Assembly (NCBI GenBank): GCA_051599415.1
Contig: AP039690.1
Coordinates: forward strand, 930,001-955,346
Direction of reading: 5' to 3'
DNA: 25,346 bases
From: Savitreella phatthalungensis
Taxonomy: Eukaryota
How positions within the stretch are numbered: position 1 is the stretch's first letter; each line of letters opens with the position of its first letter. The notes under the pieces are model-generated. The model was not told the origin of the DNA and ran no database searches. It saw only the letters and a program-made list of their open reading frames with translations. Shown here piece after piece: positions 9,285-18,597 of the stretch. The position numbers and the translations under genes were made by a program.

Positions 9285-10787
9285 TCATTCTGCCACTACG
9301 CAGTTGAGTCGTCGTCTAGCCCATTCGAGTTGCGCGGACGATTGCTGAGAGTGCAAAACTCTATCTACGCGTCGCCAAGATTGTCCAGGAGCGCCTGCAT
9401 CTCCAGTGAAGTGCGCGAGCTTGCGGAATATGGTCTCGCCAAGTACAGTCATCAGGCAGGTGGTGGCCAATTTCCAGTAGAAGCGGCTACCATGCTCTGT
9501 GCCGTAGACGTGAAGCGCAGTCGTCCGCAGATGCAGCTCCCTGCTCATATCTGGGGGAGGACCTCGTATGGCTCGCCACCATTCACCCTTGAGTGATCGA
9601 TCTGGAAAGAGAGCTAGGAATGCATCTGGATCATTGATGGTGAACATTGGTGAAGGATTGCAGATGCTGTCAGTGAGCAGACACGCGAAAGGGGATACTG
9701 CACTGAACAGATTTGAAAAGAACCCGAATGAGAAGACTTCTAGCTCGAGCTTGGGCTTGTTTGCAAGCTCGCCGGCGAGTTCAAAAACTTGTAAGGATGG
9801 CGAACACACAAGCTTGATTCGCACTGTCCTCCTGGATCGCATCTGGCCGAGATATTCGAAAAAGAGGGCGGCAAAGTATTGATCAGTCGCCGTAGCTTTC
9901 TGCCATCCCACAGCCGATGGGCTGTCAATGGGTTCTGGACGAACGAACACTGGCATCTTCTTCACGTAGTGTAATCGGAAAGCCTCATAAAGTATGCGAG
10001 GAACGGTTAGGAACACGGCTGTCCCATACACCAGCAGTGTTACCAGCACATGTAATGGTCTTCCCAGTGGAACTCGGTCGGATAGCGATCGCACATTGGC
10101 GGTCAGTTTGGCGTGCCTGTCTTCATCGAGGAGTGTAAGATGCATATTGACCCTCGGCTGCCCGATGAACGGATCCTTGCAATGCAAACGGTAGTAGCCA
10201 AGACGATCGTTGAACGGACTAACATGGAAACTTCTGTCGAACGTCTTCGTCGCGTGCAAATCTGGCCGCGGATGATCCTCGCTGGTCATTTCATCCAGGA
10301 TATAGATATGCTTTTCCGAGAAGGTGTTATTCACCTCGAGCACAACAACCCTCAGTCGATTCTCTGCGTCGTAGACGTAGTGGAAAGAGACAGGATTGAA
10401 GGCGTAGCCGAGGAGTCGCGGAGTGGTGACCAGATAGGCACGTACTAAACCCTCCACCGAAACTTCTTGGGCTTGTAGATGCGCCCACAACTTCTCCTTT
10501 ATGGTTCCAGGATAGCGCTCGCCGAGATAGTCAGACGCCTCGACCCGGACAAATCGTCGCGCTCGACCGAAAGAGAACAGCCAATTGTTCGTGCCTTCAT
10601 CGTCGAGATCCACACCAATATACAGCACCGGGTACCGAAAACTATGCAAGACGGGTTTCAACCTGGCATGATGAGTCGTGCACACGTAGAACGACGGACT
10701 TTGCGTAGCGCAATCAGATGTAGTTTCCGCCCACCACTTCCACGCGGCGCCAGTGATAGTGACGACAGCAATCGCCGCGAACCACAT
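9285..10787 (-). CDS. DUF1365 family protein with an N-terminal hydrophobic anchor
   Basis: HARLKPVLHSFRYP, PRLLGYAFNPVSFHY, LEVNNTFSEKHIY and FHVSPFN motifs. Confidence 0.88.
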   Translation of the reverse strand: MWFAAIAVVTITGAAWKWWAETTSDCATQSPSFYVCTTHHARLKPVLHSFRYPVLYIGVDLDDEGTNNWLFSFGRARRFVRVEASDYLGERYPGTIKEKLWAHLQAQEVSVEGLVRAYLVTTPRLLGYAFNPVSFHYVYDAENRLRVVVLEVNNTFSEKHIYILDEMTSEDHPRPDLHATKTFDRSFHVSPFNDRLGYYRLHCKDPFIGQPRVNMHLTLLDEDRHAKLTANVRSLSDRVPLGRPLHVLVTLLVYGTAVFLTVPRILYEAFRLHYVKKMPVFVRPEPIDSPSAVGWQKATATDQYFAALFFEYLGQMRSRRTVRIKLVCSPSLQVFELAGELANKPKLELEVFSFGFFSNLFSAVSPFACLLTDSICNPSPMFTINDPDAFLALFPDRSLKGEWWRAIRGPPPDMSRELHLRTTALHVYGTEHGSRFYWKLATTCLMTVLGETIFRKLAHFTGDAGAPGQSWRRVDRVLHSQQSSAQLEWARRRLNCVVAE

Positions 10788-11017
10788 CCCTTTGGTGCAG
10801 TTCAGAGCATTAGGGCGGATAGACCGGCTGCATTTTGACCTTCAAATTACGTACTTTTGTCTCGCATCCAGTTCGATCGATCGTGTATAATTTCACTATA
10901 GTGCCGTATTGCCAGCCAGTCTGGGTCACTACTTCTACGTTCGGGAGGATTTCGATTTCATCCTACAACACGACGCGATTCGTGGTATTTGTAGCACCAG
11001 TCTTGACTGTTATTCGC

Positions 11018-12310
11018 ATGTCTCGCCACGACAAAAGCTTTTCCATCTCCAGATCGGCCACAGCTGGCTCGACCACGGCCATCGTCTTGGTTGGCGGGCC
11101 TTCGCGCGGCACGCGTTTCAGGCCGCTTTCTTTAGAGACTCCAAAGCCTTTGTTTCCGATTGCAGGCAAGCCTATCATTTGGCACCATCTCAAGGCATTG
11201 TCTGCTCTTCAGACTGTCAAGGAAGTGCTACTCATAGGTTTCTATGAAGAGCATGTTTTCCGCAGCTTCATCCGTCAGGCAGAGATGGAGTTCAGCTCCT
11301 TCCAAGTCAAATACCTGCGGGAATATCAATCGCTCGGCACCGCCGGCGGTCTCTATCTCTTCCGGGACGCGATTCTAAGATCCTCACCCAAGCAGATCAT
11401 TGTCATGCATGCCGACATCTGCTGCTCGTTCCCCCTGCAAGAGATGCTTGCTATTCACATGACAAAGGACAACGCGATCGCAACGATCCTCGGCACGAAA
11501 GTGGCGGCCGACGTTGCCAGTAATTTTGGATGCATCGTCCAGGATCCTCAGACGAATGAAGTGCTGCATTATGTTGAGAAACCTGAGTCGCAGATCTCCA
11601 ACATGATCAACTGCGGTGTGTATGTATTCGATGCGTCTGTCTTTGCAACCATCAAGCAGGCCATGCAGCGAAAAGAGGACGAGGCACAAGTCGAACTTGA
11701 TCCGTTACACGAACAGGACGACAAGCTCAGGCTTGAGCAGGACGTGCTTTCACCACTGTCACAAACAAAACGAATGTACGTTTTCGAGACGAAGGGCTTT
11801 TGGCGACAAATCAAGACTGCTGGCTCCGCCGTGCCTGCTAACGCGCTTTATCTTACACGGGCCGAGCAGAATGAGCCTGGATCGCAGAGACCTCAGCAGC
11901 AGTGTGATGTGATTGGTCCAGTCTATGTGCATCCGTCTGCGCAGATTGACCCGTCAGCTCGACTGGGACCGAATGTTTCCATCGGGGCAAACGTTCGCAT
12001 TGGACCGGGCGTGCGAGTCAAAGACGCGATTGTGCTTGACAACGTCGATCTCCGCGCAAATTCGTGCGTCCTGCATTCCATCATCGGACACGAGTCACGA
12101 GTCGGCGCTTGGGCACGTGTCGAAGGAACGCCCACGGCTCCAAGCCAGCACAACACTACAGTACTGCGAAATGGTGTCAAAGTGCAGAGTATCTCCGTCA
12201 TCGCCCATCAGGTCATCGTTGGCGAGGAGGTCCGAGTGTCGAATTGCGTGTGTCTGCCACACAAGGAGCTCAAAGGGCCAGCGCAATACGTTGGAGAAGT
12301 TGTCATGTAG
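11018..12310 (+). CDS. GMPPA: Mannose-1-phosphate guanylyltransferase, alpha/regulatory type (GMPPA, mpg2-like)
   Basis: Alpha-type signature VGGPSRGTRFRPLS, plus LGTAGGLY.FRD, HYVEKPE, FWRQIKTAGSAVPAN and a C-terminal hexapeptide beta-helix. First ATG at 11018. Confidence 0.92.
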   Translation: MSRHDKSFSISRSATAGSTTAIVLVGGPSRGTRFRPLSLETPKPLFPIAGKPIIWHHLKALSALQTVKEVLLIGFYEEHVFRSFIRQAEMEFSSFQVKYLREYQSLGTAGGLYLFRDAILRSSPKQIIVMHADICCSFPLQEMLAIHMTKDNAIATILGTKVAADVASNFGCIVQDPQTNEVLHYVEKPESQISNMINCGVYVFDASVFATIKQAMQRKEDEAQVELDPLHEQDDKLRLEQDVLSPLSQTKRMYVFETKGFWRQIKTAGSAVPANALYLTRAEQNEPGSQRPQQQCDVIGPVYVHPSAQIDPSARLGPNVSIGANVRIGPGVRVKDAIVLDNVDLRANSCVLHSIIGHESRVGAWARVEGTPTAPSQHNTTVLRNGVKVQSISVIAHQVIVGEEVRVSNCVCLPHKELKGPAQYVGEVVM

Positions 12311-12787
12311 TCACGGCGCTCAGTTGAGCTTCAATAGACTTTACATTGCGCACAAGCATTGCGAGCTCGTATGTCCATGAGCGCTCGTTCTACAGGTGAC
12401 GGGGATCCACCGCGAGGAAATCTCTCACCAAGCTATCCTTGTTTTACTTTTAGGTACTTCGGCGTTGACTGACCCGGCCCGTGCGTACACAGTCGGCGAC
12501 GTCGAAATATGAATTGGCTTGCATATGATATCGAAGAGATGGAGATTTTTCTTAATTATATTCGAATGCATAGTCATTATAAATGATATCTAGCATAGCT
12601 ACAATTTAAAGAGAAATATCACGCTTATGCACGTGCGGCCCTCGAGGTCGGATCGGATCAATTCTCGTCGTCATGCAGCCTGAAATATTTTGCGATTTGG
12701 ACACAAAAGCATCTCTCCTGATCGCCTTTTGAGGGCACGCGTCCGGAGTAGACCAGACCCGATCACTGATCAAGAGCGCGTGCAAAG

Positions 12788-13768
12788 ATGAGCGATTCTG
12801 TGTACGCCGAAGTCCCAGGCGATGAGCACATTCAGGGCGACGAAACATTTACATTGGAAAGTCAAGCGCCTGAGTCCCATATACACGATCAAGGGCAGTC
12901 TGACCATCTCCAGCAAGAGTCCGGTCAGGAGCACCAAGCAACAGAGCTGACAAATAATCATGAGCTCCCAGTAGACCAGGATGGATATGTGGAATCCGAC
13001 TTCGCAGGCGCCTATGCTGGAATGCCAGCCGACGCGGACTATGAACAGCCGCCCGCGCATACGCAGCCACAAATCATACAGCACTCCGGACCGAAGATCG
13101 TGAAACGGCGCGCCCCGAAGGAGCCAAAGCAGACAACAGCAAGTATCAAGATCAATGTGTGCGACATATGTCAGACAACTGATTCAAAGCTGTGGAGACG
13201 TGGCGCTGGAGATCGATTGTGCTGCAATGCTTGTGGTCTGCGTTACAAGCGTTCTGTCAAGAGCGCAGCTCGTCGGGCTGCTGGAGAAGGGAGGCAGTCA
13301 AAAAAGCGCAGGACCCAAGCACAACAAATTGGCACGCAGGGGACGATGGTCATGACGACCCCTGCTATCACCACGACAACACAATCTACTCAGATTGATG
13401 ACGCGCTGCCTACTCCAGACATGATCCAAGCTGGCTCTGAGGACATACTGAGTATGCCACAGGGCCATGACCTGTATGCACAACACGAGACGGAGCAGCA
13501 GCCACCGCGTCGGCACCGAACCCCCGAAACACCGGCGCAGCACGACGCCAACCTCGATCCGATGCTCATGCTCGATAGTGGTCAAGTAGCAGGGCCGGCC
13601 GATGTTTCAACTCAGCCAGAGTCTCAGCAGGAACACCTGCACGAACCCTTCGAGAGTCCGCCCGTCCCAGTCAGCCTCAACAAAAGCAACGCAAACGGCG
13701 GTGCCCATGATTTTGATATGAGCGATCTTTCGGAGATCAAAGCTTATGTCGAAGCAGAACCCCAGTGA
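12788..13768 (+). CDS. GATA-type zinc-finger transcription factor
   Basis: CDIC-X17-CNAC finger with LWRRG and CNACGLRY, followed by a basic region. The flanks are acidic and Gln-rich. Confidence 0.88.
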   Translation: MSDSVYAEVPGDEHIQGDETFTLESQAPESHIHDQGQSDHLQQESGQEHQATELTNNHELPVDQDGYVESDFAGAYAGMPADADYEQPPAHTQPQIIQHSGPKIVKRRAPKEPKQTTASIKINVCDICQTTDSKLWRRGAGDRLCCNACGLRYKRSVKSAARRAAGEGRQSKKRRTQAQQIGTQGTMVMTTPAITTTTQSTQIDDALPTPDMIQAGSEDILSMPQGHDLYAQHETEQQPPRRHRTPETPAQHDANLDPMLMLDSGQVAGPADVSTQPESQQEHLHEPFESPPVPVSLNKSNANGGAHDFDMSDLSEIKAYVEAEPQ

Positions 13769-13807
13769 GGTTCTGCTTCTAATACTTTTTCCTACAATGC
13801 ATCCCTG

Positions 13808-15205
13808 TCACCTATGGCGATCAGGCATTTCTATCAGCTTGCGTGACCACATCTCGCCATATGGATTTGGCCGATGTCCCGCGAGGAATTCATCGTAGGT
13901 CTGAATCGCGACCCAGCACCAGGATCCAATCTCGCACTGGCGGTCCCACATGTTGTGGATATGGTGGGTGAAGGCGCCCCGGTAGAAATTGCTCAAGGTC
14001 TTGTTGTTCGGAACAGTGTAGCTGCCATCCTCGGGTTGCAAGACTACCACAGCTGGACCTGTGAACGACGACCATTCCCCTTTGACTTCTCCCGCGAACC
14101 AGCTCTTGTGAACCGGTAAGCAAGGCACGCAGCAGTCACCCCATCGCATGTTGTCATTCTCTGTCCACAGCGGATCGAACAGTGCGGATTCGAACATCAA
14201 AAGGTCTTCTCGCCGACCGATCTTTGTGAGCATTTTGCCGATGACGGATGGATGAAAGTTCATCCCCATCCGGACACCCGCCTGCATGATCGTGGACGAC
14301 AGGTTCGAGTGCTTCTGCAAGCGCAAGTAAGCAGTGTTGTATTCCCAGTCGCCGGAATGACCGCCCCAGCGCTCTGCAAACGCCACACGATCATCCAGCA
14401 TAAGGGGTCGCATATCGCGCAGAAAGATCGTATCCATGTCTGCATAGAGGCCCCCTTCTTCGTGTAGGACCATGAACCGAAGGCTGTCGCTGACAGCTAC
14501 GGGACCCGTAGGTATCAAATTGGGTTTGAAATAGGCTCTGTCCTGCTCGTCAAATTCCAAATCTTGTTGGTAGCGCCGCGGGACATAGACTGAATCCGGA
14601 TAGTTCCAATGTCGTAGCCGGATGATGCCCTCTTCCACTAGGGGAAGGAAGGGCGCCAGTATATGCGATGATCTGGCGTGGACCTCCGCCAGTGGATCCC
14701 AGTCACAGTCGAGCCACAAGTTCCACTCGCTGCAGGCTAGATTCTGCGTGTACAGCCAGGACTTGAGCATGAGTGCGACACGCCAAGTCAGAGGCCCGCG
14801 CCAGTAAGTGTGAAATATTGCAGGGTCTGTCCGATTGCAGAAAGCTTCAGGCTGATAGCGCATGTAATCGTCTGTTCCATGCTCGAGGTAATTGAGACAA
14901 TAGTGCGTGTCTCGCCAGACACTTTCTGCTCCGCACTTTTCGTAAACTGTCTGAGCATCCAGCGAAAGCGTCGAATCTGGCCGCGCGCCAAGGAAAGCAA
15001 GGAGACCATCTTGATCTCTGTCAGCCAGTCCATAGACCTCAAGCCCGGATACAGGGAATCGTTGCGGCTGCTCGCTCGGCTTCCCGTCTCGAGCCAGGCC
15101 GAAATGATACCATGTCGTATGGGTGATGTAAAGAAGTAGGAGGCCTGAGACCAGCAAGACGCCTGTCCGCAGGCCGAACGTGACAAGAGCTCGGCCGTCG
15201 ACCAT
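13808..15205 (-). CDS. Type II membrane DXD glycosyltransferase (GT32-like)
   Basis: N-terminal transmembrane segment, FHTYW, SDSLRFMVLHEEGGLYADMD (DXD), YNTA and C-terminal HHIHNMW. Confidence 0.85.
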   Translation of the reverse strand: MVDGRALVTFGLRTGVLLVSGLLLLYITHTTWYHFGLARDGKPSEQPQRFPVSGLEVYGLADRDQDGLLAFLGARPDSTLSLDAQTVYEKCGAESVWRDTHYCLNYLEHGTDDYMRYQPEAFCNRTDPAIFHTYWRGPLTWRVALMLKSWLYTQNLACSEWNLWLDCDWDPLAEVHARSSHILAPFLPLVEEGIIRLRHWNYPDSVYVPRRYQQDLEFDEQDRAYFKPNLIPTGPVAVSDSLRFMVLHEEGGLYADMDTIFLRDMRPLMLDDRVAFAERWGGHSGDWEYNTAYLRLQKHSNLSSTIMQAGVRMGMNFHPSVIGKMLTKIGRREDLLMFESALFDPLWTENDNMRWGDCCVPCLPVHKSWFAGEVKGEWSSFTGPAVVVLQPEDGSYTVPNNKTLSNFYRGAFTHHIHNMWDRQCEIGSWCWVAIQTYDEFLAGHRPNPYGEMWSRKLIEMPDRHR

Positions 15206-15529
15206 CAGACGGTCATCATGTTGAGCACCAGACGAAGATTGGGATCGGTCAAAGATTGCGTAGCGCTGACACTCAGTTCTTTATTTGTCCTGCTCGATCT
15301 TTTCAGCGCGTTGACCGCTTAATTCCAAGCATGAGCTTTCGTGAGCGATGTGTGATGTCTTGGAATTCACTTGATGCAGAGAAACAATCCAGCATCTTGT
15401 GCACGCCCTGTCGACTTCAGCCTCGATTTGCTATCACGGATTGAGAACGGGACACCAGGACGCCCTGCCCTGTGCGCGTGTTTCTGACGTAGTTGGAAAT
15501 CTCGTTTCAAATCAAGCCAAGAATTTCTA

Positions 15530-15541
15530 GATTGGCCAATC
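15530..15541. promoter_or_regulatory. Palindromic double CCAAT box (GATTGGCCAATC)
   Basis: A perfect 12-bp palindrome in the AT-richer interval upstream of the GT32 gene. Function is inferred only. Confidence 0.35.
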
Positions 15542-15653
15542 AAACCGCAGAATAAATTCCAATTCAACCATTTAATCGTCCCAATAGATTAATTTGTATT
15601 TACGTCTGTGGTCTTCGGAGGTATTCTTCAACTTGCACAGATATTAACATTGA

Positions 15654-17219
15654 TCAGCTAGCAGAACCTCGAAGGAGCGGTCGGTTTTCATCAGTTGCCT
15701 CGGCGTGACCTGCAGACAATGCCGATGGTGGCAAGATGTCGAAGCTCACAAGAACAGCAGCAAGGAGAATTGCCCCGAGACATGCAAACACGGTGCCGGG
15801 CCAGAAGTCTAACGTCGCTGCGTAGACGCGTGATCCGATAAGGGGGGCAAGGAATTCGCCTACGCCAGAAACGACGCCAAATGCGGCAAATCCGCGCCCT
15901 AGCTGATCATTGCCAAAGATTGCAGCTGTTGTGTTACGAAGCGAAGGTGGAAGGGGTGCCTCAAAGGCACGAAAGGTGATCGCAGCTACAACCCATGTCA
16001 CATTGAGAGCGACTTGTCCCTTGGCGAATTGACTGGGGAGACCGGCCCATGCGAGGAACGAAAGTGCGGCTGCGACCAAACCCCCTCGAACAAGTAAGAT
16101 ATCCAGCTGGCGAGAAGAGATACCACGTCTTGAGGCCAGCCTCACAAGGAGCGGAACGACAACGAACAGGACCGCAGCCTGTGCTAGCTGCTGTACTGAG
16201 TAGACATATCCAACGCGGTCAATAGACATGCCCTTACCCGAAACGCCGACCAGATTCAGGAATTGAACCTGCAGACCAAACAGGGGCGGGATAGAGGAAG
16301 TGAGAGCGTCGAGAATCGCGAGTCGACGTAGTGGCCTGCCGAGCTTGGGGTCTCTTAAAATACCGAGCGCTCCAATCATGCCCTTGAGATCTCCCAGGAG
16401 CCGCACATCTCCTCGAAGATGGGCGCCTCCTCGATATTGCGGATGAGTGTCAGGCAATGAAAAGAGCACGAAAATACACGAGAGAGCCTGTAACGAAGAG
16501 GCGACCAATGACGGTGCTAGCAAACCTATCTGCAGCAGGCCGGATCCGAGACTGGGCCCGAATACAGTGCTCAGCTGTACACAAGCTGCAACGCGCGTCA
16601 AGGCGACAAGCCGGGAGCCTCTCGCTTTCATGCTCTGCCCGGCCGCAGTGTGATCATCGGCTGACGTAACATCAGCGCTCGTGGATTCTCCTTCGTCAAC
16701 TGTCTCCGGCTGAGAGGCGGATATCTCCTCTGGAAAGCAAGAACAGACGATCGAATAAATTGAAAGTCGTACGGCCGGACCAGCACCACCGAACCCAGAA
16801 GTGATGCCACCTGCATACAGCAGAAGTGGTGCAAGCTGGGCGCCTCTAGCTCCAGTCCGCGAGACCATTGCCGATAGCCACACAGAACAAGCCGAGAAGG
16901 TGACGGCAGGCAGCGCAATCAGCATCGGCCACTTATGACCGTATCGATCTGCGATCCTACCATAGACTAACACCATGATCATGGCTGGTGCCGATTCTAT
17001 CATGCTGATCGTTCCCCAGAGAGCGGCAACACGGCGAGATACTTCCACAGAATCACAAAATCCGCCCGTCGTACTGATATTGGGCCCATAAAGCTCTCGG
17101 CAGACGATGTAGCGATAGACTTCAATATCTGTTACGAAGCGAATGTATTGCGCTATCATAACGATAGAGACCACTATCAGGCATATCCAGTATGCCCTGA
17201 TGGGCGCAGGACGAAGCAT
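15654..17219 (-). CDS. MFS transporter (SLC46/tetracycline-efflux-like group)
   Basis: About 12 hydrophobic segments, MFS motif A YGRIADRYGHK, and a Cys pair in loop 1 (VCRELY...FCDS). Start is 17219 or 17312; the latter is only 38 nt from the upstream gene's stop. Confidence 0.85.
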   Translation of the reverse strand: MLRPAPIRAYWICLIVVSIVMIAQYIRFVTDIEVYRYIVCRELYGPNISTTGGFCDSVEVSRRVAALWGTISMIESAPAMIMVLVYGRIADRYGHKWPMLIALPAVTFSACSVWLSAMVSRTGARGAQLAPLLLYAGGITSGFGGAGPAVRLSIYSIVCSCFPEEISASQPETVDEGESTSADVTSADDHTAAGQSMKARGSRLVALTRVAACVQLSTVFGPSLGSGLLQIGLLAPSLVASSLQALSCIFVLFSLPDTHPQYRGGAHLRGDVRLLGDLKGMIGALGILRDPKLGRPLRRLAILDALTSSIPPLFGLQVQFLNLVGVSGKGMSIDRVGYVYSVQQLAQAAVLFVVVPLLVRLASRRGISSRQLDILLVRGGLVAAALSFLAWAGLPSQFAKGQVALNVTWVVAAITFRAFEAPLPPSLRNTTAAIFGNDQLGRGFAAFGVVSGVGEFLAPLIGSRVYAATLDFWPGTVFACLGAILLAAVLVSFDILPPSALSAGHAEATDENRPLLRGSAS

Positions 17220-17350
17220 CTTGGCCAGAGGATGTGCGTGTGACAATCCTCGTATCGCTTCGACATGCTCTGATGAGGTTATAAGGTCGTCGCATTTGCG
17301 TCGTAAATGCATCGTTCCCTTTGAAATGGAAGCAAATATCCACGTGCAAA

Positions 17351-18391
17351 TTAGTGTTGCCTAAACCAGAGGCCGAATTTTGGCCTATGCCGATTGATGA
17401 TGAGAAGGTATGCGGTCGTGAACGCGATCGTTGAGACAACACCGAACACAGCAATTGCGGTTGCACGCACTCCGGAGAAGCGTTCAGAGCTGGGACTTTG
17501 CACTGCAGCAGCTTTCGCCAGCCAGAGCACCGTCAAAGTCAGAGGCGAGATATGACCAAGGAGAATAGCGCGAGAAATGTAGTATAAACCTCCTGTCAAG
17601 CTGATCAAGAGCAGCGTCGCGTACAGAGCTACTTCGTCGAAAAAGTAGCAATTGTAGATCATGTCGAAAAATTCTCCCGAGAGCATCGTCGCGGGTACGA
17701 GAACCGTGATCCCAGCGTAAAGTAGATACCTTGTAACTTTGACGCTATCTCCATCCAGGATATGCAGAGCGCGCTTAGTCTCCCGATGGCAGATTGGCAG
17801 CAACACGGCTGTTGCCAAACCGCTGAGGGTTCCAATGACCGTCCAGCGCGGCGATGTGGCCGTCACAAGAAGGCTGCTGGCGAAGAGTGCGATCGCAGTG
17901 CACATAGCAAGCTTATCTGGAACGTCCTCGATAAGGATTTGCAGGAGCACGGCAGGCGCGGTCAATCGCAGATAGGTGGCAAGCGAGAAATTTGCCAGGC
18001 AGACGACTGACGAGATTTCAGCCGCAACGAAAGTTACGATGGCTGGCACGAGCTGGGAAGCTTCCGCAAGGGTCAGCTCGCTCTTGGTAGAAAAGAAAAG
18101 GCCAGCCCATTCTGGCGCCTTGCGGTGTGCAACCTTGCCTACCAATGTCCATAGCATAAGGACTATCTCGGACAGCACGAATGCCAGACAAAGAGTAGCC
18201 AGAGGATACGGGAATTTGTATGTTGCCTGGAAGAAGCTGAATCTCATAAGCATGCCATAGAACGAGCCTGCGACAAAATACACAATACCCGATAGCAGTA
18301 AGACAGAGAGCGGTTGAAACAGGATGTGCAATGTCAAATCGAAGGGCGACCGCGGACGCAGGTTGCCCTCTGCTGTACTGAGGAGCACCAT
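17351..18391 (-). CDS. Nucleotide-sugar transporter (DMT/TPT/SLC35, GDP-sugar-transporter-like)
   Basis: Multi-pass membrane protein with YKFPYPL, LSGEF..M.YNCYF and ISPLT motifs. The track start at 18445 is GTG; the first ATG is 18391. Confidence 0.7.
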   Translation of the reverse strand: MVLLSTAEGNLRPRSPFDLTLHILFQPLSVLLLSGIVYFVAGSFYGMLMRFSFFQATYKFPYPLATLCLAFVLSEIVLMLWTLVGKVAHRKAPEWAGLFFSTKSELTLAEASQLVPAIVTFVAAEISSVVCLANFSLATYLRLTAPAVLLQILIEDVPDKLAMCTAIALFASSLLVTATSPRWTVIGTLSGLATAVLLPICHRETKRALHILDGDSVKVTRYLLYAGITVLVPATMLSGEFFDMIYNCYFFDEVALYATLLLISLTGGLYYISRAILLGHISPLTLTVLWLAKAAAVQSPSSERFSGVRATAIAVFGVVSTIAFTTAYLLIINRHRPKFGLWFRQH

Positions 18392-18597
18392 CTCTGGCCT
18401 ACGTGAGTCTCGCGTTGTGCGCCTTTGCTTTACAACAATTTCCACGCGCGGCAGAAACTAGTGTGGGGCCGGCTGAGGGCGTTCCCTTTGGACCTCGGGC
18501 GTCCGGTGGACCACAAGGTGCGCGAAGTCCCGAAGGTCGTGATTAGCTCGTCATGCGATTCTCGTCCGACTGACAACACGCCAGTCGAACGGCGGCA

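Noticed and set aside
10835..11017. ORF-track N-terminal extensions from TTG/GTG or far-upstream starts (also 3379, 5241, 5547, 18445, 21409, 21739)
   Set aside because: This is a eukaryotic locus. The extensions have no homology-like content and overlap promoter space, so downstream ATGs fit better.
12714..12735. TCGCCTTTT resembling the U2 5' end or U5 loop I
   Set aside because: There is no GTAGTA branch-pairing motif, no CCTTTTAC loop and no Sm site in context.
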